Below are positions 24,411 through 36,716 of a stretch of DNA of 64,000 nt, in pieces. Position 1 is the stretch's first letter; each line of letters starts with the position of its first letter. A program made the translations under genes and the position numbers. Under the pieces are notes generated by a model. It saw only the letters and a program-made list of their open reading frames with translations. It did no database searches and had not been told where the DNA came from. Source of the DNA: Malacoraja senta (lineage: Eukaryota); the NCBI GenBank assembly GCA_038087875.1, contig CM075988.1:18230001-18294000 (forward strand), read 5' to 3'.

Positions 24411-25913
24411 CTGGGGAAACAAGCAGCAACATCAGAACACTCTCCGAATGCAAAGCCCTCCGTATCTTACCGGGTCAGTGCACAGCCAATGATTCACTCA
24501 TTCAATGATACTTCACTGTCACATGTACCTAGCTAGAGTGACATTCTTTGTTGTGTACACAGCTCATCTCACCTTGGCAGAGTACACAAGGAGTCGCCAT
24601 GTTTCTGGCAGCGACAAAGTTCAATGAACAATCTCATCTACGACCAGGCCCGCCGCTGTATGTGGCTGGTTGCCCCTTCACTCACAGCCCCACCCCCCTT
24701 CATTCTCCATAGCCCCTCCTGCCGGGTCCCCTGATGTTCTCGTGCCCCCCCCCCCCCCCGCCTGCTCGCACTTGGCGTCTCTCCCCGCTGTCGACGGCCC
24801 ACCCGCTGGGGCACGGGTTGTTTGGCTCCGCGACGCACCTCGGGAACCATCTGCCGAGACTCGGGATGACACTGACTCTAGTCGTAGTTGGCACCCACAC
24901 TGAACAGCAGCAGGTCCAAGCGGTACAAGTCATTGTGTGACCACAGTTGGAGCACTACGGGCAGTTCTAGGCGCCCAGCTACAGGGAAGGTCATTAATTG
25001 GAGAGGGCAAAGAAGAGATTCGCCAGGATGCTACCTGTCCTTGCGAGCTTGAGTTGTTGAGAGAGGTTGGATAGGCGTGCTCTCTTTCCTTTGGAGCATT
25101 GGAGGCTGAAGGGTGACCTTATTGAGGTGCGGGGCATGGATAAAGTGAACATTCTCTGAACGCCCACACCCATTGATTACACCCATTGATCTGATCAGTA
25201 AATCACATCCACCACTATCCTCTGTCTCCTATCACCAAGCTAATTTTCGATCCAGTTAGCTCACACAGCTTTCATCCCATGTGCTCTAACCTTCTGGACC
25301 AGCCAACCATACAGGACTTTGTCAGCAGCTTTGCTAAAGTCCATATGTACCTCGACTCATCTTATTTTACTGGTTACCTTCCAAAAAAATGCAATCAGGA
25401 GTTGTTACTCGGGATGGCCCCTGCACAAAACCATGCTGAGTCTGAGTCAGTCCATGCCTTTCCTGGTGAATGTAAATCCTGTGCCAATGCTTTTCCTATG
25501 TCCATGACGATGTGGACCCAAGATCAAAAAGTTGCAAAAAAAACACAAACAAAAATAGAAACACAAAAGATGCAGGGTTATGAATCTCTGGATTTCTCTG
25601 CTGTCAATACTCAGTCTTTACAAGGACTTTGAAGGACGGGTCTGTCATGGGACAGAGAGAATGGGCAGGAGAGTGGATGAACTTTATGATTAGCTATGAT
25701 CTATTGGACACCACCACAAGCTCAAGAGGCTTAATCCTGTTGAATGTCTGTGGTTCAATGGTTCAATGATGCTTTTATTGTCACATGTGCGAAGTTCAAT
25801 CACACGGTGAAATTATTTTCTTACAAGCAGACCGGTAGAGTATCACCAGACCATCCCCGATTAGCAGTTGTACAGAAATAGTCCACAGAGCCCGCATGCA
25901 AGAGATGCCACGT

Positions 25914-26147
25914 GTAGGAAAGTACTGTAAATGATGGCTTACTCCAAAGATAGACACAAAAAGCTCAAGTAACTCAGCGGGTCAGACAGCATCTCTGGAG
26001 AGAATGAATAAGTGATGTTTTGGATCGAGACGCTTCTTCAGAAGAAGACCTGTCTGAAGAAGGGTCTCGACCCGAAACGTCACCTATTCCTTTTCTCCAG
26101 AGATGCTGTCTGACCCGCTGAGTTACTCCAGCTTTTTGTGTCTATCT
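25914..26147. mobile_element. Penelope-derived fold-back insertion with ~16-bp TSD
   Basis: Inverted arms 25948-26042 and ~26053-26147, flanked by gcaagagatgcca(c/t)gt at 25898-25913 and 26148-26163. Confidence 0.8.
26054..26081 (+). ncRNA. Minimal type I hammerhead-ribozyme-like motif (representative + copy)
   Basis: CUGAAGA-A-GGGU(CUCG)ACCC-GAAAC-GUC: hammerhead core boxes, stem II and a palindromic minimal stem III. Stem I is only about 2 bp, so activity is unproven. Confidence 0.55.
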
Positions 26148-26629
26148 GCAAGAGATGCCATGTTTGGCTCTGGTTACTAACTAGAAACAAGGAACTGCAG
26201 ATGCTGCTTTACCAAAGTAAGACACAAAATGCTGGAGTAAGTCAGCGGGTCAGGCAGCACCTCTGGAGTTAATGGATAGCTGGGTGTTTTGGTAATTTCT
26301 CCTCAGTCTGAAGAAGGGTCCCGACCTGAAATGTCACCCATCCTTGTTCACTGCCTGACCTGCTGAGTTACTCTGAGTTTGTGTCTTTCCCTGGCCTTGG
26401 TTACAAATTTACAGCAGAACATCACGGCAATGCTCAGAGAGACGGATACATTGCAAAGCACAGGTCGCAGGAGGTCTCACCTCGCCAGTGTGAGTAGAGA
26501 CCACCTCTGCTTCCCGCTTACCGATCACAGCAGTGAGCAATGGTCATCTCAGGAAGGACCTGGGGTTCCACTGAGTCAAGTAAGCATCGCGCTGACACAT
26601 CCTGTGACCACCCATGGGTTTCTGCTCCT

Positions 26630-27150
26630 AGTTTAGTTTAGTTTAATTTATCGTCACGTGTACCGAGCTACAGAGTAAAGCTTTTGGTGTGTGCTATCCA
26701 GTCAGCGGAGAGACAGTACATGCTTACAATTAAGCCATCCACAGTGCACAGACACGTGACAAGGGGAATAAGGTTCAGTGCAAAGATAAAGTCCAGTAAA
26801 GTTCGTTCAAAAATAATCTGAGGGGTCTCCAATGAGGTAAATAGTAGCTCAGGACTGATGCATCCTCTAGTTGTTTGTAGGATGGTTCAGTAGCCTGATA
26901 ACAGCTGGGAAGAAACTGTATCTGAATCTGGAGGCGTGCGTTTTCAAACTTCTATATCTCTTACCCGATGGGAGAGGGGAGAAGAGGGAGTGAGCAGGGA
27001 TTGACTCATCCTGGATTATGCTGGTGGCCTTGTCGAGGCAGCGTGAGGTATGAATGGAGCCAATGGGAGGAAGGTTGGCTTGTGTGATGGCCCGGGCTGC
27101 AACCACAATTCTTTGCAATTTCTTGCAGTTTTGGATGGAGCTGCGCCAAT
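26630..27150 (-). mobile_element. Rex1/Babar-like LINE 3' fragment
   Basis: KKLQRIV..A..ITQANLP...HSLFSPLPSGKRYRSLKTHASRFRYSFFPAVIRLLN, plus 3' UTR and (taaac)n tail. Confidence 0.8.
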
Positions 27151-27887
27151 AAAACGCTTTAGAAGCTGCTCTAGGCAGTGACTGAAGGAGGCACGTTGAC
27201 CAGAAAGTTGGCGCCAAGCCTCCGCTCTAGCTGGTGCAACTTGTAGTGTGCAGTTGCTGGAGTCCTTCGCCAATGACAATGCAATCTGTCCTTCAATGTT
27301 GCTGGGCAAACTGCTCCACACCGGGGAGCCGTGAGACTCTGCAGTAAATGAGCATCGGGCACATGGCAGACCACTGATGCTGCACATCCAATTAATGAAG
27401 GGCTTCCAGGGAAGTGACGAGCACCAGCGACAGATGGCTCTTGCTCAGAAGCCGTAAGTATTCTTTCTCCTCGTTCCCCTTTCTTCCGTCAGTCCCCACC
27501 AATGTTTATCGCGGTATCTTCGTTCCACACCGCCTTTGCCGTGGCTGCTCCACAATGGATAGTGCCCATCGATGGACATCTTGGACACAGGTTTCCTGCC
27601 ATCTCCAGTCAGTTGTAACACCCCCTTTTCACCTCCAGGAGACAGAGGTGGTTCAGTACGTCTACCTGCATGGGGACTTATCCTTGCAGTTTATTGTTTC
27701 GACCTGAGGCACACTGTCTTCAAGCTTGCCCAAGCATGGAGACAAGCTGCTCTCATTTTGGCCGCGTGGGCTTACCCTTGTGTTTATTCCACCAAAGTCA
27801 ATGACCAAAGTCAAAGTACTTGAGGCTGGTGCAATAACAACATCTAGAACACACTTGGACAGGTACATGGATAGGAAAGGTTTAGAG

Positions 27888-28061
27888 CAGTGGTTCGTAA
27901 CCTTTTTTGGCACCAGTACGAGTATACGCGAATAAAATACTGTGTGTGGTATGTACCTTTGTTAGGTTCCTAAACATGGGCTCAACAAATCGATATGTTA
28001 TTTGTGTCCCCTTCATGACCCCTGGCAAAGCCCCAAACGACCCCCAGGTTAAGAACCACTG
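27888..28061. mobile_element. hAT (Charlie-like) MITE
   Basis: TIRs cagtggttcgtaacct / aggttaagaaccactg and a perfect 8-bp TSD gtttagag, inside a CR1 3' fragment. Confidence 0.88.
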
Positions 28062-28504
28062 GTTTAGAGGGATGTGGGAAAAACGTGGGCAAATGGGACT
28101 CATTTAGATGGGGCATCTTGGTCGGTGAATCCCAATTGGAACCCAAGTAGCATCACAAGCATTATTTGCCCCTGCTGCCTCTCTTGCCCTGATATGGAAT
28201 CCTGTGGTCCACAGCAAGGTTATAGAGTCTTACAGTGTGGAAACAGACCCTTCGGCCCAACCTCCCCATACCAGCCAACAAGTCCCATCTACATTAGTTC
28301 CACCTGCCTTTGATTTGGCCCATATGCCTCTAAACCTGTCCTATCCATGTATCTATCTAAATGTTTGTTACTCATTGTGATAGCACCTGCCTCTTCCGGC
28401 AGCTCGTTCCAAACTCCCACCGCCCTCTGCATGAAAAAGTTACCCTTCAGGTTCCTATTCAATCTTTCCCCCCTCACCTTAAACCTCTGTGCTCTGGCTC
28501 TGTT

Positions 28505-29077
28505 TTAGAGTGGTTGAAACCCGCTCCCTGACTCCGTCTGACAAGGGGATGCCAATCCATCTCCCTCCTTCATTCCCCAGCTGAAATGAAATGGCCGCAG
28601 GCCAGTTGAGATGTACCAGGATCAGCCCAAGGAGAACCCGCGAAGGGCACCCTGGGGAACAGCCGTCAGCTGTCCGCGTGGTGGTCTCACACCGGATAAA
28701 CCACCAGGTTACCAAACCCAATCCGCCGTTTGATATGCTTTAACGCAATCGCTAATAAAAGTAATTTATGTCGCTGGTCATCCACTTTTTTCTTCCAAAA
28801 GGTGCGTGGCCTGTGAGTTGGACAGCAGTCACACTCATATTCAAAGATGAAGTGGTTTATGACAATCTGAGCCTTGAAACTGATTGCATGCGTTGTATGG
28901 CATGGAGTACATGCATGTTTGCATTGAGGGCGCTGTGAGATGCATGGGCCCCACTGCAGTTTCCTCTCCATGGCATGTTGCAACAGGTCCCTGCAGCAAT
29001 GCTGGGAGACTCTCTGCAAACCGCCAGGTCCAAACGAAACGCAGCGCGCACACAAAAGGCACCTCAATCCCGGGCAA
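28505..29077 (-). repeat. Arm B of the ~575-bp inverted repeat
   Basis: Reverse complement of 21574-22150 with scattered substitutions and small indels. Confidence 0.92.
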
Positions 29078-30304
29078 TAAGAGTTATTTGTGTAGCTAGT
29101 TGTATATTCTTCTCCCAAAAGGTGTTTGGGCTTTGTTTCGGGACAGTTGTCCTGAGGCATGGAGACTGACGATGGAAACGGCCGAGATTGTAAAAATAGC
29201 CAAGCAGCAACTGGGAGAAACTGGAGCAGAGAGAACGGGCCGGTTTCAGTAACCATTTGCAGCTCCTGAAACCTCCAACAAATGCTTAAAATGTGCTGCA
29301 TACCAGACATAATTTCAATCTGTTCCCCAGCATGCCGTCTGCCTGGGTGACAGCTCACACAGCACGATATTAGCAAGTCAGTAAGAAGTGTGATGAATGG
29401 AAGCGTTGCCGCAGCATCTGTGGCCGTTGGCAGCGAGTACGCTGCGCTTTCTGGCTGAGACCAAACGTGGACCACCATGCCCCCCCCACCCCCACCCACC
29501 CCGGCATTAGACAGCGGCTAAAGATGTTGTATCTTCCGTCTTCTAACGGGGAACCTCCCATCCGCCATCGCTCGGCTGTGGACGCGGTGACGAGATATAC
29601 GGGTAATCGCTGGATAGACCCTCATTCTCAGGGTTCATAAGTGATAGGAGCAGAATGAGGCCATTCGGCCTATCAAGTCTATTCAATCATGGCTGATCTG
29701 TACCCCATTCTCCAGCTTTCTCCCCATAACCTCTGATACCCGCACTAATCAAGAATCCATACCTCTGCCTTAAAATTATCCATTGACTTGGCCATCCATT
29801 GACTCAGACTTCTGTGGCAATGAATTCCACAGATTCACCACCCTCTGACTAAAGGGTGCATTCATGCAGACTGGACCCTCTCTCTGGATGTGCACGAATG
29901 CACCTAGAACATGGAGCAAATGAGTATCATTGATGCCGTCAATGATTATAAGGTGGCGCAGCGGTAAAGTTGCTGCCTTACCGCGCCAGAGTCCTGGGTT
30001 AGATCCTAACTACGGGTGCTATCTGTATGGACGTTCTCCCTGCCACCTGCATGGGTTTCCTCCGGGAGCTTCAGTTTTCTCCCAGGATGTACTGGTTTGC
30101 AGGTTAATTGGCTTGGTATAATTGTAAATTGTCCCCAGTGTCTGTAGATATTGTTAATGTGCGAGGATAAAGCCAGTAAAGTCCGATCAAGGATAGATTA
30201 GTCCAAGGGTCTCCAATGAGGTAGATGGCAGTAGATGGTTCAGTTGCCTGATAACGGATGGGAAGAAACTGTCCCTGAATCTGGATGCCTCTACTTAGAG
30301 GTTT

Positions 30305-30744
30305 GAGGAATACATTTCAAGATCCTCCTTTATGTTTACAAAGCCCTTAACGGGCTTGCCCCCACCTACATCAAAAGTCTGCTTACCAACCACACCACGT
30401 CCAGGTCCCTCAGATCGGCCGACTTGGGGTTACTGAACATCCCGCGGTCTAGGCATAAGCTCAAGGGCGACTGCGCCTTTGCGGTTGCAGCTCCTCGACT
30501 GTGGAACAGCATCCCTCTTCCCATCGGAACTGCCCCCTCCATCAACTCCTTTAAGTCGAGACTTAAAACTCATCTTCACTCTCAAGCCTTTCTTGACGTC
30601 CTCTGAGGGCTATATGTAGGTATTTATGTATGTACTTAATCTGTATAACGTTAGTACCTCCACCAATGTAAAGCACTTTGGCCAACGAGAGTTGTTTTTT
30701 AAATGTGCTATAGAAATAAAAGTGACTTGACTTGACTTGACTTG
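30305..30744 (+). mobile_element. L2-clade LINE 3' fragment
   Basis: FKILLYVYKALNGLAPTYI...AFAVAAPRLWNSIP..I.TAPSINSFKSRLKTHL, then the L2-type 3' end tgtaaagcactttg...tgctatagaaataaa(gactt)n. Confidence 0.85.
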
Positions 30745-31300
30745 AGGAGATTCGGTATGTCGATGAATAACTCTATCTAACTTCTACAGGTGTCAGATAA
30801 AAAAACCATAACGACCGCTTGTATCACCATCTGGTTCGGTAACTCCAATGCCCAGGAATGAAGGAGTGGTGAACGCTGCCCGGTGCATCGCAGGTACCGA
30901 TCTCCCCACCATTGAAAGGGTCTACAGGAGGCACTGCATCAAAGAAGTTAGCCAATATCATCAGAGACCCACACCACCCTGGCCACGCTCTCTTCTCGCT
31001 GCTACCATCGGGAAGAAGATATACGGGAGCCTAAAAGCCGTGACCTCCAGGTTCAGGAGTAGTTTCTTGCCAGCAACCATCAGGCTCTTGAACACTGCAC
31101 AACACTAACCTCAGCAACTGTGATCTTCTATGGACTGTGACATTGGTTTTGCACTATTATGGTTAGTTATTGAGTTATTGTATTCTTGACTATTATATAT
31201 TTATCTGTGTGTTATTGGGGTTATAAGATTGTTATTCTGTAGAAAGTAAGAATTTCATCGTTGCAATGCCAGTACACATGACAATTAAACACTCTTGACT
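30745..31300 (+). mobile_element. Rex1/Babar-like LINE 3' fragment (second subfamily)
   Basis: VVNAARCIAGTDLPTIE...TSRFRSSFLPATIRLLN, ending aaacactcttgact. Related pieces at about 13880-14830 and 57555-58290. Confidence 0.7.
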
Positions 31301-32237
31301 TCTATACTTGTGTATATGGATCAGAAGACAGACACAAGATGCTGGAGTAACTCAGCGGGTCAGGCACCACCTCTGGAGAAAAGGAATAGGTGACATTTCG
31401 GGTAGAGACCCTTCTTCAGACAGGGAGTCAGGGGAGTAGAACTCACATCGGAGAGAGGAGGAGAACATCTTGAGAGTAGGCATACCTTGAGGAGAATTCT
31501 CAGTGGAGCAGACAAACTGTGTAGGAAGGAACTACAGGTGCTGGTTTACCAACGGAGAAAAAACTTGCCCCAGCCTCAGCAATATCTCTTCAAACCAGCA
31601 CAAGATGTCTCAGCAGATAAGTTTTAGATTTTTGCAATAGACACATTAAAACACGACAATTTCTGCAAGATATTTGAAATTGATGAAGAGAAACTGAAAA
31701 AGAATTAGAATTTTTTTCTGGAGGAAGTATTATATGGTCAATAGGTTTATGGAACAATGCTCACACTTAGTGCTGAGAATGGCGTTAACACAACCCTGGT
31801 GTGGTGCTCGAGTTACTTAATGAGATCAGAGAACAACGGTTAAGTCTGTGCCTTTCACTCTCAGCGGAAATGCTTACACAAAGCTTTGTTAATGAGTTTG
31901 CAAATGAGCGGCCAACTGGGAAATAGGACAACTAGAAACAGCTAATGCACCAGAAAATCAACTGAAGGCACCAGGCTGCCAAGGGTGCTGTTAGCCACAG
32001 GCTGTGATCCAAAGAATGAATCCCCACACTTTCATTTAGCATTAATTGTTTTTAAAAGCATTCTGCCGTTGACTGACATGGATCAATCCTCTGTGGGGCT
32101 CCGCAGAGTGGTGGTGACCAGAACCCCAAGCTCCAGGCCACTGGGGAGGTGGGACCATCAGGACAGTAACACTTCCGGCACGACTCCTAACCCCGGCATC
32201 ACCTGTAGATGCAGAGCGCTGCGGCGATGGCGGGATT

Positions 32238-32565
32238 GGTTTAGTTTAGTTTCGGAGATACAGCGCGGAAACAGGCCCTCCGGCCCACCGTGTCCGCGCC
32301 GACCAGCGATCCCCGCACACTAACGCTATCCGACACATTGCAGGATTGAAGCAAACATGAAGCAGAGCGCGTGTGTTTTGTCCGGGCGCTCCGGTTTCCT
32401 CCCACACTCCAAAGACGCCAGGTTTGTCGGTTAATTGGCCTCTGTAAAATTGTATATTGTCCCTAATGTGTATGGGATAGTGTTAGCGTGCGGGGATCGC
32501 TGGTCGGTGCGGACTCAGTGGGCCGACGGGCCTGTTTCCGCTCTGTATCTCTAAGCTAAACTAAT
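32238..32565. mobile_element. Two V-SINE 3' halves in inverted orientation
   Basis: 32238-32335 (minus tail) is largely complementary to 32475-32562 (plus tail). Confidence 0.7.
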
Positions 32566-32573
32566 CTCTAAAC

Positions 32574-32926
32574 CAGGGGTGGGGAACCTGCGGCCTTAAG
32601 GCCATTAAGTGCGGCCTTTTGAATGAATCCAAATTTTGTAGAACAAATCCTTTTATTTTTATTAATATCTTTTTGTTCGTCTTTTATTAATTTTATTTTA
32701 ATCTTAAAATGAACGTATTTAAAATACCAAAGAGTAAAAGAAGATTCAACGAAATAATCCTCCCCGATTGACGGCCACAATTAAAACATCAGTAAGTCAC
32801 GAGGGCTATTTTAACAAAATAATGCACATTTTGAAGTGTATATAATTGAGGTTTCTTGGATGCGGCCTTACTAGATTACAGCTAACTTAACGCGGCATTC
32901 GAACATGAAAAGGTTCCTCACCCCTG
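32574..32926. mobile_element. hAT (Charlie-like) MITE
   Basis: TIRs caggggtggggaacct / aggttcctcacccctg; 8-bp TSD ctctaaac/ctcaaaac (1 mismatch). Confidence 0.85.
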
Positions 32927-33040
32927 CTCAAAACTAAATTAAAATGAAACCAATTCAACTGAAAGCATTATTACACTGGAAGAGATTCTGCTGGTCATGC
33001 TGGATGCATTGAACGGGAGGCAGTTGTACTTTCTACTCAC

Positions 33041-33223
33041 ATTGCACATCCAGGTATCGCTGAGTTTGCAAATCTTTCATGGCCTGCAGGTCCCTCACGG
33101 CTGGATGGTGCACCTGGCAGGTAACTGGTAATCCATCATCCAGCCGGCTCACCCGCAGCACCAGCGTACTCGTGACATTGAACAGCTTCTCCTTCGGGTC
33201 CTCTTCAAAGTTACTTGTACTTT
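33041..33223 (-). CDS. CADM1: CADM1 exon 5 (second half of Ig2)
   Basis: (E)STSNFEEDPKEKLFNVTSTLVLRVSRLDDGLPVTCQVHHPAVRDLQAMKDLQTQRYLDVQ matches CADM1 DDGVPVICQVEHPAV..LQTQRYLEVQ. Acceptor ccccctgctctgaag|, donor |gtgagt, 183 nt. Confidence 0.92.
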
Positions 33224-34664
33224 CTTCAGAGCAGGGGGGAAATTTGAATGAATGAATATGTTTATTGGCCAAGTACGTACACATACAAGGAATTTGCCTT
33301 GCTGCTCCGCCCGCAAGTAACAACAACAATTAAGAATAAAACATGAAAACATTACGAATAAAACATTGCATTTTAAACATGGGAATGAAATAAAATACCA
33401 GAGCAAAAGCTCTGATATTAGAAACATTATGTAAATATTATTCATTAAAATACTGCAACTGCGCCACTGCTACATAAAACATTCCCATAAATGCACGCAA
33501 CAGAGGAGGTAGTTGAGACAGGCACAATAACAGCATTTAAAAGACGTTTGTACGGGTGCACGTGTAGGAAGGAACTGCCGATGCTGGTTTATACCGAAGA
33601 TAGACACAAAATGCTGGAGTATCGCAGCGGGACAGGCAGCATCTCAGGAGAAAAAGGAATAGGTGACGTTTCAGGTTGAGACCCTTCTTCAGAGTGAGGG
33701 TCGGCGAAAAGGGAAATGAGAGATATAGATGATCATATAGAAAGATATAGAACAAAGGAATGAGAGATATGCAAAGAGTAACGATGATCAAGGAAAGGTG
33801 GTTTCTGAAGAAGGGTTCCGACCCAAAACGTCACCTATTCCATTTCTCCCGAGACGCTGCCTGGACAGGTACATGGATGGGAAGGGTTTAGAGGTCTATG
33901 GGCCAAACGAGGGCAGGGGGGCATCTTGGGCGGCATGCGTGAGTTCCTGTTGAGCTGGCACTCCATTCTTCCACCGTTCAGAGTGGACACATAAGGCCCA
34001 AAGGTGGACTGTCATAGTACGCGGAGACAGGCCCAGCAGCCCAGCTTTCCCACACCGACCATCAATACTAGTCCCACCTGCCTGCATTTGGCCCATATCC
34101 TTCTATCCTGTCCATATAACTGTCCAAATATTTTTTTAATGTTCTGATAGCACCTGCCTCATCTACCTCCTCTGGCAGCTCGTTCCATACACCCACCACC
34201 CTTTGTGTAAAAAAATGTTACCCCTCAGGTTCCAATTAAATCTTCCCCCCCCCCCCCCCCCTCACCTTAAACCCATGCCCTTCCTTTCTCCATTCCCCTA
34301 CTATGGGCAAGAAATCCTGTGTGTCTACCCGATCTATTCCCCTCATGATTTTGTACACTTCTATAAGATCTCCCCTCATGCTCCTGCGCTCCAAGGAACA
34401 GAGTCCTAGCCTGCTCAACCTCTCCCTACAGCTCAGGCCCTTGAGTCCTGGCCCACATCCTCGTAAATCTTCCCTGCACCCTTTCATCAGTCAGGAACTT
34501 ACTTCAAGAATGAAACCCATATCCATCATAACAGGAGGCACCGTCCTGACTCATGGTCTAAGCACCAGAGAACGCACAATGTCAGCCCATGTTCTGTCCC
34601 ATTCACCCATCACCAATGGCCAATTCCCCATTAAACAACACCTCGAAGAACATAGAACATGTAC

Positions 34665-35056
34665 AGTGCAATTGGAGGAACAGCATCTCATATTTCGCTT
34701 GGGCAGCTTACAGCCCAGTCGTATGAATATTAATTTCTCTAACGTCAGGTAGCTCTGGCGTTCCCTCTCCCTCTATCCCTCCCCCACCCAAGTCGCACTA
34801 GCTTCTCGTTTTCCTTACAAACAGCTAACAATGGCCTGTTTCAGTTATCGCCGTTACTTTTGCGTTCATTCACTGTTCTTTATCTCTCTACATTATCGCC
34901 TCCAGTATGTCTCTCGTTTTCCCTTATCCCTAACCAGTCTGAAGAAGGGTCTCGACCCGAAACGTCACCCATTCCTTCCCTCCAGAGATGCTGCCTGTCC
35001 AGCTGAATTTGTGTCTATCTTTGGTTTAAACCAGCACCTGCAGTTCTTTCCTACAC
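34665..35056 (+). mobile_element. Penelope-like element 3' end (ORF C-terminus plus terminal repeat with hammerhead-like motif)
   Basis: LEEQHLIFRLGSLQPSRMNINFSN is a typical Penelope GIY-YIG C-terminal tail. It is followed by the repeat containing CTGAAGA-AGGGTCTCGACCC-GAAACGTC (34939-34966). Confidence 0.8.
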
Positions 35057-36224
35057 GGTACAGCACAGAAGATGGCCCTTCAGCCCGCAATGTCTGTGCC
35101 GAACATGATGCCAAGTAACCTCATCTACCTGTACATGATTCATATTCCTCCATTCCCTGAATATCCATGTGCCTATCTAAATGTCTCTTAAACACCGCTG
35201 TCGTATCTGCCCCCACACCACCCCTGGCAGCATGCTCCAGGCCCTCACTACTCTCTGCATTAAAATCTTGCTCCGCACATCTCCTTCATACTTTGCCCCA
35301 CTTACCGTAAAGCTCCGCTCTCTAGTCCCAAAATTCAATTGTTCCGTCGGAAGCTCCACATCCTTCTCAGGTCTTGCCCAACCCATCTCTGCGACCTCCT
35401 GCAGCCCTATCACTCTTCTGCATATCTGTACCTTCCACTGATGGAGTCTGGAGAACCCAAGCTTACTGCTCCACTGAGGGAGCTGTGAAAGGTGCTATAG
35501 AAATGCACAACCTTTCTGATTCTTTTTCCTGAATGTGGACGTTGTCCCACCTCCCGTGGGCCAGTGGGGTCACACCAGAGGTCGGGGGAAGATGGTTGAT
35601 AGAATGCTGTCGGCAGGTGTGAATGGTGTGGGAGGTTGGTGCGGGTTTGGCCTGCGTGCTGGACCATAGATGGGGCGAGGTGCCGTGTGTGGTAGTGGTG
35701 AGTTCACAAGTTCATACTGTAGGTGATAGGAGCAGTTAGGCCATTCGGCCCATCAAGCCCACTCTGCCATTCAACCATGGCTAATCTATCTCTCCTACCT
35801 AACCCCATTCTCCTGCTTTCTCCCCACAACCCCTGACACCCATACTAATCAAGAATCTATCTATCTCTGCCTTAACTTTTTCCATTGAATTGGCCTCCAC
35901 AGCCTCTGTGGCAAATAATTCCACAGATTCACCCACCCTCTGACTAAAGAAATTCCTCCTCGTCTCCTTCCCAAAGGACCGTCCTTTAATTCTGAGGCTA
36001 TGAAGAAGGCTCCCCAACAGACGGTAATGGGCCATTATGGGCTCCATTCTTCCTGAGCTCATCTGTTGCCGGCCCTGATTTGTTCTGGCCTTTTCTTGCA
36101 TCCAGTTTATTTCCGCCTCCCTCCCACCTCGACTTTCAGCCTGAAGAAGGGTCTCGACCCATGAGGGTCCCACTGGTGGAAACATCCTCTCCACATCCAC
36201 TCTATCCAGAGGGGGTGTCCGTAC

Positions 36225-36362
36225 CTTCCATCTCCTCGTCGCCCTTCAGCCACTTGATGGCAGCAGCCGGCTTGCTCCCGGTGGTGGTGCAGGTGAACTC
36301 CACCTCCTCCCCTTCTTTCACCACATCCTTGTTGGCGTCGATGGTCGGCATTTCTGGAGGAA
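36225..36362 (-). CDS. CADM1: CADM1 exon 4 (first half of Ig2)
   Basis: (V)PPEMPTIDANKDVVKEGEEVEFTCTTTGSKPAAAIKWLKGDEEME. Pyrimidine-rich acceptor ...ccccgacag|, donor |gtacgg, 138 nt, phase 1/1. Confidence 0.93.
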
Positions 36363-36716
36363 CTGTCGGGGAGAAAGAACAGCCTGAGAAGAGGCAGCGA
36401 GCGGATGGGAGGCGGGGAGATACGGTGCGACGCACATACTGGTGCCGCCGGGGTAACTGGCACAGCGGAAACGGAAGCATTTGGCTCATTTATACTCTTA
36501 CCTTTACAGTCCCACGAAGCCGCTCCATCCCCGGCCCCTGGCCGTTTGTCACTCAGTGCGGCGGGCTGGTCGGCTTCACATGCTGACGGGTGTTTCACTG
36601 CCAGGGGTCACCCAGTTGTGCCTGACGGGCTGCCCCCCAAAGCGGGCACCAAATGCAGGAATATCCCGCACCCCCAGTGCCCCGACTCACTGACCCAGCT
36701 CCCCCACTCTCCCTGT

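Noticed and set aside
28687..29499. 270-aa ORF with a similar peptide at 21574-21889
   Set aside because: The similarity comes from the inverted DNA repeat; no recognisable domain, and the long frame is not preserved in the other arm.
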